NCBI GenBank assembly: GCA_051546255.1
Contig: CP128815.1
Span: 310,001 to 374,000, forward strand
Source of the DNA: Meyerozyma guilliermondii
Lineage: Eukaryota
DNA length: 64,000 nucleotides
Direction: 5' to 3'
Positions 23,080 to 30,651 of this stretch are shown here, piece by piece (position 1 is the stretch's first letter; each line of letters starts with the position of its first letter). Both the position numbers and the translations under genes were made by a program. Under the pieces are notes generated by a model. That model saw only the letters and a program-made list of their open reading frames with translations, did no database searches and was not told the DNA's origin.

Positions 23080-24033
23080 CTAAGCTAAGGTCTTTTGGTG
23101 GAGGTAATGATAGCATCCCAACAAGGCACACCAGTGGCAATATGCTGCAATAACAACACCTACGTGCAAGATTTGATGAGAGTTACCAATTATATCCAAT
23201 TTTCCAGCTGTGGGTGACTTCTTGTAGGTTTCTTCATCCACTTCGACATGGGTAAACCGCTCAGGAACTCTCATCGCATACATAGCAGCACCGAATATGT
23301 AGAAGAAACCTTCACCCACCAAGTACCAAGCGTTGGAACGTTCAATCGCAGTCTCTAACCCATACATGTAAGTTGCAGCTGCGACTGGCAAAACACCGGA
23401 GAGGCCGAACAAAATGAACATCCCAGACCTCAATGGCCTGTAAGTTGGGGTTGCAAACTGCGAGTCCAAGGTAAGAAAGGAACAAATTCCTCCTAGGACC
23501 AAAAAGAGGGAAATAAAGCCATACTTGTATACTGGCTCATCATAGAAGGCGAACAAGATGATGGAGATTAACGAGCACGTTATCATGATTATGATACCAA
23601 AATAGTCCAATTGATTTCCAAATTTACTCACGCGTGGTGAATGGCTTTTGGACCCATGAAAGATGGACGACAAGCCCATACAACATGTGGCAGCAATTCC
23701 AAATTGAAGAAAATTGAGCTTTTCCCATCCAAGATGAGTGGGGTAAATTACCAAGTAGTCATTGACATAAATGAAAATAGCAGCAAGCACAATCAAGGAG
23801 GGGATCAAATGTGACCAAATATTCACGGTTTCATTGTGAATGTAAAACAACGAGTCAAAACACTTTCTGAACGAATTGGTCTGAGGCACATATCCAGAAA
23901 GAATGTAATGATTATCTTTACGCCATTCTTCCAAGTTATAGTAATACAAAAGCTTGCGTGTCCCAGGGACCTGTTCAACTACTTCCGGAGCCGGTTTGGT
24001 TGTTGTTTTCGTTCTTTGCTTCAAACTGCTCAT
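23080..24033 (-). CDS. PAQR (haemolysin III/adiponectin-receptor-like) membrane protein, Izh1/Izh2 type
   Basis: DNHYILSGY, HNETVNIWSH, SSIFH, QLDYFGI, RVPERF, GNSHQILH; about seven TM segments. Confidence 0.9.
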   Translation of the reverse strand: MSSLKQRTKTTTKPAPEVVEQVPGTRKLLYYYNLEEWRKDNHYILSGYVPQTNSFRKCFDSLFYIHNETVNIWSHLIPSLIVLAAIFIYVNDYLVIYPTHLGWEKLNFLQFGIAATCCMGLSSIFHGSKSHSPRVSKFGNQLDYFGIIIMITCSLISIILFAFYDEPVYKYGFISLFLVLGGICSFLTLDSQFATPTYRPLRSGMFILFGLSGVLPVAAATYMYGLETAIERSNAWYLVGEGFFYIFGAAMYAMRVPERFTHVEVDEETYKKSPTAGKLDIIGNSHQILHVGVVIAAYCHWCALLGCYHYLHQKTLA

Positions 24034-24265
24034 CTCGTATGTTGGGTTGAGTTGCGGACTAGTCGCTTGAGAATCCGGAAATTTGCAGCATGTTCACGTG
24101 CTGATAACCCAACACGGAAATGTTTCTCAATACGAGACCGGTTAAGGACATTGCTTCTTGCGAAAGGACATTGGTTCCTGCGCTGGAGAGGTCTATTAGA
24201 TGCATTATTATATATATCTAGTATTGCTAATGGCTTTTAATCTCGTGTAGGCCACGATAGAATGT

Positions 24266-25972
24266 TCATGTAAATGACGCCGGAATGCTCTCCCCGATTT
24301 CGATGTACTCGTGAATCTTTCTTTTGATATCTAAACCCGATGAACCGTGCTTCGATTTGTTGATTCTCTTGTCAAAAATAGTTCCAGTGTAGAATACACG
24401 CCAGGGAGATTTGAGCGAGCTTATCAGTCCGCGGCTCCGTTCAAAATACCACTTATTGACTGGGTTTTTCTTTTGAGATCGCCATATCAATTCCCCGCTA
24501 TGTGACTGAAGGATAACCTTGAAAATCACATCGGCTAACCCGGGAAGTCCTTGGTTTCGCTTGGCAATTGCAAACTTATCAAGGTACGCAACTTTCTTAT
24601 CTGAGCCTGCAACATTTTCCCACGTAATGATTGCCGCTCCATCATAGTCTCCAGCTATGACAACCGTAGCCAACGAGTTGTTGATGCGCCGAAAGTAGGC
24701 TTCTTCATCTAGCTTCTTTCCAAAAGAATCATTAAGCAAGTGAACCATGCGATCCTTGTCAAGACAGTCCTCACGTACAAGATTGTCGAAAGTGAAAGTA
24801 CCGCTAAAATTGGAGGTATCTAGTACCTTCACGTCAACTCCTTTTTTCAACACCGAAGTAGACAATTGAGGTGTTGCATCTCGCGACAGCGGCAAGGACG
24901 AGGAGATGATGGGCCTATCAGTTAGTACGTTATAAATTATCGGATTCAACTGATCATCATTGATCGACATGATGTGTGGTGTGGTGATGATACCAGTTGC
25001 ATCATCAGATCCTGATTTGTCACGGGTCAACGTCAACAATTTGTTCATATAATTCAAATTCTGAAGATGTAGATCTCGCTGCTCAGGTTCAATGTAGCCT
25101 ATGAATAATTCTGATACGATATCAGAATACTCCTGGGATAGGTTGATGAATACATGACTGGTCTGGTTACGTTCAATGGAAGGAATGCCTCCAATGGGAT
25201 CAATAAAGACAATCTTTTCAATGGAGAGCGTACCTGGTGAGAGATCCGAAAGCGCACCCAGTAGAAAGTACGTAATCTCTTGAGCTGAAGCGAAGGTTTG
25301 TTTCGTTGTCTTAGTGTCGTACGCAATGGGCATCACAATGGGGATGATTCCTTGATAGAGAGGAACAAGTATTTGTTCTAGGCTGCCAACTTCAAAAGTT
25401 TTCAGATTGTCCTTGGTGGTAAAAATTGACCATAATGGCATGGTTTGAACATTACCATCTTCATGTTTCTCTAGGGCGTTCATAACACGATTAAGCAGAT
25501 TCATCATGTACATTTCATTGTACTTGAATGATTCGTTACGAACATGATCGAAGTCAAGCACTATCACTGGAGAAATGCCCAAGTTCAAAAGTCGCATAAA
25601 CGTCTCGCGGATGCCCTTCCAGCTCCTAGGCAGAATTGATAGCTGTTTGAAATTGAATATAGCTAGACGAAGCGGGATTTTCTCTAACTTCTGATTAGAC
25701 TCGTCATATAATGAGCGATGCAAAGATCTTCCACTGAGGAAGCGATCTACGAGAAGTTCCCGCTGTGAGTCGGAAATAGTCTTTCCTGTGCTCGGTTCAC
25801 TGTTGTTGAAATCGAATTGGTTCTGGTACTTCTGAAGGTAATTTTTCGCTTCTCGTTTTGTCGTAGTGGATTTCAATATCGATAGTATGAGATTTCGTTT
25901 AGTCGATGTGGTCAATTCATGGTTTTTGATATTGGAGATAAGTTGACGGTTCAAATTACGTAGTTTGCTCAT
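24266..25972 (-). CDS. ARG2: Mitochondrial amino-acid N-acetyltransferase (acetylglutamate synthase)
   Basis: [59 protein letters not shown] domain YLDKFAIAK...[16 protein letters not shown]. First ATG at 25972. Confidence 0.92.
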   Translation of the reverse strand: MSKLRNLNRQLISNIKNHELTTSTKRNLILSILKSTTTKREAKNYLQKYQNQFDFNNSEPSTGKTISDSQRELLVDRFLSGRSLHRSLYDESNQKLEKIPLRLAIFNFKQLSILPRSWKGIRETFMRLLNLGISPVIVLDFDHVRNESFKYNEMYMMNLLNRVMNALEKHEDGNVQTMPLWSIFTTKDNLKTFEVGSLEQILVPLYQGIIPIVMPIAYDTKTTKQTFASAQEITYFLLGALSDLSPGTLSIEKIVFIDPIGGIPSIERNQTSHVFINLSQEYSDIVSELFIGYIEPEQRDLHLQNLNYMNKLLTLTRDKSGSDDATGIITTPHIMSINDDQLNPIIYNVLTDRPIISSSLPLSRDATPQLSTSVLKKGVDVKVLDTSNFSGTFTFDNLVREDCLDKDRMVHLLNDSFGKKLDEEAYFRRINNSLATVVIAGDYDGAAIITWENVAGSDKKVAYLDKFAIAKRNQGLPGLADVIFKVILQSHSGELIWRSQKKNPVNKWYFERSRGLISSLKSPWRVFYTGTIFDKRINKSKHGSSGLDIKRKIHEYIEIGESIPASFT

Positions 25973-26076
25973 CAACAAAGGTGACTCAACATCGAATCAA
26001 GAACGAAATGTATGCGAGGATGGAAATGGTGCTCGGGTGCAAAGTAGACTATTGGTCCAACCGTGCTGTTTGGATC

Positions 26077-26783
26077 TCAGCTTTCAACGTCAGAGTACTG
26101 TCCATCGTCATCGTTGTTCATTTCGCCTTCTGTAGCCTTGGTGTCGTGTAGTTGACGTAGTTTGTTCATAACTTTAAGGACGAAAGGTCGCATTTCGTTG
26201 ATTTCAATGAGCGATAAGCCATCGAGACGAATATTGGACTCATTTAGTTCATTCAAACCTTTCTGAGCCTTGGCTAGCCGTATTTCTCTTAGATCCTGAA
26301 TGACAGATCGTAATTCATGGGTTGGATCTTGTAAATCGTCTGCAGCTCGGGCAAGAAAGATCTTCAGTGTGGCTATCCAATTCCATGGTAAGTCACTAAA
26401 TTGTTGCGGGCGTCTGACCTCTTCTTCATACCTTGCCTTCAAAAATGCTAGATTAAGCCAGTCTGGAGGAACTATGTTGCATTTATCTTGAAATTTCAAG
26501 ATCAAGGCGACCCATAGTGGAACCTGTTCTCGTCTCATACCTCGTAAAGCTGGTATTTTGCACTGGGGTTAGTAAAATGAACGAGTATTCAGCCAAAGGA
26601 AGCAGCAGCTACGTTTTCCCCAATCTCAATGCATCTTCATATGCTTCCAGTCGCTCTACTTACTCCGATCAACTCGATTTTTTTCATCAGATACCGAGGC
26701 AAAATTGTGACAAGCTCACTTTCTGCTTGGAAGTTTACCTCCGCAGGAGTTATCGTCTTACGAAGATGAGCAGGTAGAACCAT
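26077..26783 (-). CDS. PSF2: GINS subunit Psf2, two exons (26783-26664 and 26562-26077), 201 aa
   Basis: Exon 1 MVLPAHLRKTITPAEVNFQAESELVTILPRYSMKKIELIG joins in frame to CKIPALRGMRREQVPLWVALILK...PPDWL...IQDLREIR..K...EINEMRPF. The ORF track shows only most of exon 2. Confidence 0.93.
26563..26663 (-). other. Spliceosomal intron in PSF2 (101 nt, phase 0)
   Basis: Donor GTAAGT at 26663, branch point TACTAAC at 26574-26568, acceptor CAG ending at 26563; removal restores the frame. Confidence 0.92.
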
Positions 26784-27052
26784 GTGTAAAGGGATAATGT
26801 GGTGTATTAATAGCTCTGTTGAAGTTTAAAAAAGTCCGCGCAGTGAGTCGCGTTTTAAATAAGTACAGTGCGAGTACATTGCGAAGAGAGTACAGTGAGA
26901 AGAGAAAACAGGCGAGCAGATTACAGTGAGAGGAAACCAAAAAGTAGAGAGAATACTTAGCAATAATATAGATTAGCATATAAGCAATACATAGAAGAAA
27001 TAAATAGCGTCATAGCAAACTTCCGGCGAAGCATCTATAATGCCGGTTCAGT

Positions 27053-29023
27053 TCACTCTTCAATACCCTCGTAACAACTTGCAAGTTGATGCACATCGCC
27101 TCTAAACTTGACAGCAACAGGACGGGGGGTATTGGAAGGTTTCTTATTCACCTCAACCTTCCTCAACCCAGTCTTCCAACTCTTCGCACACTCGTCCTGG
27201 GAACTCACCTTTGGCTTCATGTAGGGATTCTTGCGAAGGCAGTTATCCCATGAAGGCCTCTGTTCCTCTTTGAAGTCCTTGGTGCTTCCTAAAGATGGTC
27301 GATCTAAGTTGGAACTGGTGTTTTTCCTACTAGTCGACCTCAACTGGAAGCTTGTCCCGGCTTCATTGTTGGAGCTTGCCAGCGAGCTCTTGAAGCTACC
27401 CAGATAAACCAGATTGTTGGTCTTTTTGAGCAGCGCCCTCAAGTTTTTGAGCTCATTGGGAACTTCAGGTTTTTTGGGACTGTAGTCCTTCCTTTCAGTC
27501 CTACTCACAAGAAGTCTCCTCTTTTGCTTCAATTCCTTGGGGTCAATGACATACTTCGCAGGACCAGCCGCGATTTCCTGTTTGGCCACAAGCCCACTTT
27601 TGGCTCTCTTCAATTGCTCAGGATCAAACAACAATACTGGGCGAGCACCAGGTCCAAGATTAGGTCCCCTGGCACAAGCACCAAGAATGCTTGAAGGCAA
27701 TGGTGGCGGAGGAGGTGGCGGCGGCGGTGGTGGAGCAGCAGCACCAATTGGGGGAGCAGGAGGAGCAACAGGGGCAGCAGGATGAGTCGAAAAACAAATC
27801 CCCATTTCCTTTCCCACTCTTTCAATAATAGCCTTGAGCTCTGCATGAGGAATTCCTTTGAATTCACGTCTGATCTCATGAGCAAGTTGCTCTTCATAGT
27901 TGAACTTCCGCTTCTCAACTTCGGTCCAGTGAGCTGGAGCTGAAGGGATTGCAGTAGGCTGGGGTATCTCCAGGGACTGGAGACGTACTGCATCCTCAGG
28001 CTCCTCTGAATCATGCTTAGCACCATCAAAGATGCTACTTGCTGAAGAAGAAGCCAGTGACTCCAAGAACACAGGCAGAGGAGAAGGCGAGGCAGTTTCA
28101 GTAGATGGAGCCTGATCAACAGCTTCAGCCACTTCCTTGCCAACTTCCTTAACAACCTCTGTTTGTGTCGAAGATTGCTGCACAACAACCTCTTCCTCAA
28201 CAACGTCAACAACATCCTCAACTTGAGTCAGAGTTTGCTGCACCAAATCACCTTCGGTCTCAGCAATGTCTTTCTCAACAACATCCTCAACTTGAGTCAG
28301 GGTTTGCTGCACCAAATCGTCTTCGGTCTCAGCAATCTCTTCCTCAACAGCGTCCACAATAACATCAGTGTGAGTCAGGGTTTGTTGCACCAAATCGTTT
28401 TCGGTCTCAACAGTCTCTTCCTCAGCAGTGTCGTCCATTTGAGTCAGAATTTGCTGCACCAAATCACCTTCGGTCTCAACAATCTCTTCTTCAACAGCTT
28501 CCTCCTCTTCAGTCAGAATTTGTTGCACCAAATCAGCTTCGGTCTCAACAATCTCTTCCTCAACAACAAGCTCAACATGAGTCAGAATTTGCTGCACCAA
28601 ATTGTCTTCGGTCTCAGCAATCTCTTCCTCAATAACATCATCAACTTGGCTTGAGGTAGGCTGCACCAAATTACCTTCGGTCTCAGCCACCTGTCCACCA
28701 ACATCCTTCTTCGAGCCAACGGGTTTCCCTATCAAGGAACATCCTGCGTCTTTGCAGTCAGAAGGCAACCCAAGCATGCAATAAATACAAGCTTGGTTAC
28801 GGCGGCTCTTCTTTGAAAGGCGTTGAATTGAAAGGCCGACTTGAGGCTCAAGTAACCATCGCGAGTGTCTTGGAGTGCACTCTACTCTTTTCACTTTTAC
28901 CAATTTTGGCGTGGTGGGTTCCAAACTTTCGGGGGTCTCAGCCAGAGAGCGACGGACTGAAGACCGTAGGGAACGGTAGGCGCCAGACAAAAAGTCTTTC
29001 ATAGAAGACTTTTTTCTCGGCAT
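27053..29023 (-). CDS. Orphan repeat protein A: Cys cluster, acidic repeats, polyproline, WH2-like motifs
   Basis: 656 aa ORF; CIYC..CKDAGC; seven ETExDLVQQ repeats; 11 consecutive Pro; LLKKT, LRKN and LRKV motifs; C-terminus paralogous to 30652-33279. Confidence 0.8.
   Translation of the reverse strand: MPRKKSSMKDFLSGAYRSLRSSVRRSLAETPESLEPTTPKLVKVKRVECTPRHSRWLLEPQVGLSIQRLSKKSRRNQACIYCMLGLPSDCKDAGCSLIGKPVGSKKDVGGQVAETEGNLVQPTSSQVDDVIEEEIAETEDNLVQQILTHVELVVEEEIVETEADLVQQILTEEEEAVEEEIVETEGDLVQQILTQMDDTAEEETVETENDLVQQTLTHTDVIVDAVEEEIAETEDDLVQQTLTQVEDVVEKDIAETEGDLVQQTLTQVEDVVDVVEEEVVVQQSSTQTEVVKEVGKEVAEAVDQAPSTETASPSPLPVFLESLASSSASSIFDGAKHDSEEPEDAVRLQSLEIPQPTAIPSAPAHWTEVEKRKFNYEEQLAHEIRREFKGIPHAELKAIIERVGKEMGICFSTHPAAPVAPPAPPIGAAAPPPPPPPPPPPLPSSILGACARGPNLGPGARPVLLFDPEQLKRAKSGLVAKQEIAAGPAKYVIDPKELKQKRRLLVSRTERKDYSPKKPEVPNELKNLRALLKKTNNLVYLGSFKSSLASSNNEAGTSFQLRSTSRKNTSSNLDRPSLGSTKDFKEEQRPSWDNCLRKNPYMKPKVSSQDECAKSWKTGLRKVEVNKKPSNTPRPVAVKFRGDVHQLASCYEGIEE
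28165..28690 (-). repeat. Coding minisatellite, about 69-bp unit (EEEIAETEDDLVQQTSTQVEDVV), 7 copies plus one degenerate copy
   Basis: Repeated tgctgcaccaaatc...cttcggtctca on the + strand at about 69-78 bp spacing. Confidence 0.9.
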
Positions 29024-30651
29024 GTCACTTGTGTTTGTAAAGAAAAACTGTTAGTTTGTGTTCGTGAGGAAGTTTTGCACCCAACACAAATGGATTGCGG
29101 AGTGAACGGGGTACAAATGGAAGCTACAGAAGACACACTCAAGGGTATCTATGGCACACGAGTCACTCGTTTTTTTTGATCACCATACTTCCCCTGGAGG
29201 GACATTAAGAAGCAACAAGTAAGTCGCAAATCAAGACTGGCACTGAGAATCTTTATGAGCATGAAATCAATTGTTCTCGGTTCTTAAGCGTCTTGTTAAC
29301 GATTAGACTGCGTTTGGCCAACATTGAGAAGCCTAAACTGGAGAAACATTTTGTCTTCAAATCGCTTGGTCAAGACATGTCTACAGCCAATGGCTGTGCC
29401 ATGCTTTACCGATTTCCCAAACTTCTGTCACCAACAATGTGGCAATACACCAAGCAAAGGAGAGTCTTGACGACCCAGCCTTTCTTTTGCATAGCAAAGC
29501 TCCCGAACGGGTTTGTTGTGTAGATTTTTAGAGAATAAATTCATGTGGAAATCATCCGTCTCTGAATTTGCTCTGAATTCAACCTAGTCTTGAAAGTACG
29601 AGCAATACTTCTCCTCTTCATCCTTTTTATCTTCGCTTCATTGTCGCTGTGGCTTTGCACCCCCGCGTGGTACGTCCCATCTCCTCTTCATCGTCGCTAT
29701 CTGGAGATTACGGATCCGGAGCATCTGTTTCTGCTGTCACAGTAGGATCTGTCTTTTGCTTTTCGCAAAGAGCTTAGTTGAATGAATCGTTGTTTATGCC
29801 TGTCTGTTGACGAAATCATCAAGAATTGAAAATAAGCCTGATCCACCATCAGAAACTCGATGGTTTCTGTCTTTGTAAATCGTGACCAGCACGTTGCATG
29901 TGAGACGAGTAATATCGCTGTGAGAGATGCGCTTGACCGAACAATTCTAAAAATTGAAATTAGTTTGCGGAACCCAAAAATTATCGTTCCTGCTTGGTCT
30001 TGGATTCCACCCAAAAGCACTAGTACCCCATCTTTGGAACCTCTAGGCCCGGACAATCACCACGTCATTGAATGAGGTTCGTTGAATGAGGTTCGTTGGT
30101 GGATATGGCTAACGCGTATTGAGGTCAATTCGTTTTCTGAGCCAGTGGAAAAGGGCAACTTGTTCAAAAGACGGATGCGGCAAAGCTGAAATTGACGAGT
30201 GTCAATAGCACAAAACATAGCAAAATAGCTGTAATATAACTGCATTTTTGTGACTAGTAAAAAAGGCTGGACTTTTAAGAGCCGAAATCAGTCCCAAATG
30301 GTATTGAAATTAAAGCTTGATCGGGTGCATCAGATAGTTGGAAGCAACAAGAGGACAGTGATAGCCAAGAATGCGAGTCCCCTTGGCCCGGGTATAAGAG
30401 CACTGTTATTTGAATGGAGATCATTGCAATCAATGATTCGCCCCCAAATCTGTTGTTTTGAGAAAATAGGTCCACATCCTGCATCTTAGACAGTATAGAT
30501 AATGGTTGACTAGAGGATGTGCTAGAGTAGAGGTAGTACTAGAGTAGAGGTAGCATTGAATAGAAGTAGTACGACAGATCGGTACAGTAGAGAATTATAT
30601 ACATTTCATCTATTGTAGGAATTAATTCCTTTATAAATATAGCCCGACAGA

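Noticed and set aside
29048..29188. Possible 5' intron of protein A (GTATGG...AACTAACAG on the - strand)
   Set aside because: Non-canonical donor and branch site, and splicing would put the upstream ATG (29205) out of frame; needs RNA-seq.
29697..30489. Short ORFs in the inter-paralogue gap as genes or transposon remnants
   Set aside because: No recognisable domains, mostly non-ATG starts, and no LTR pair, TIR or transposase motifs seen.
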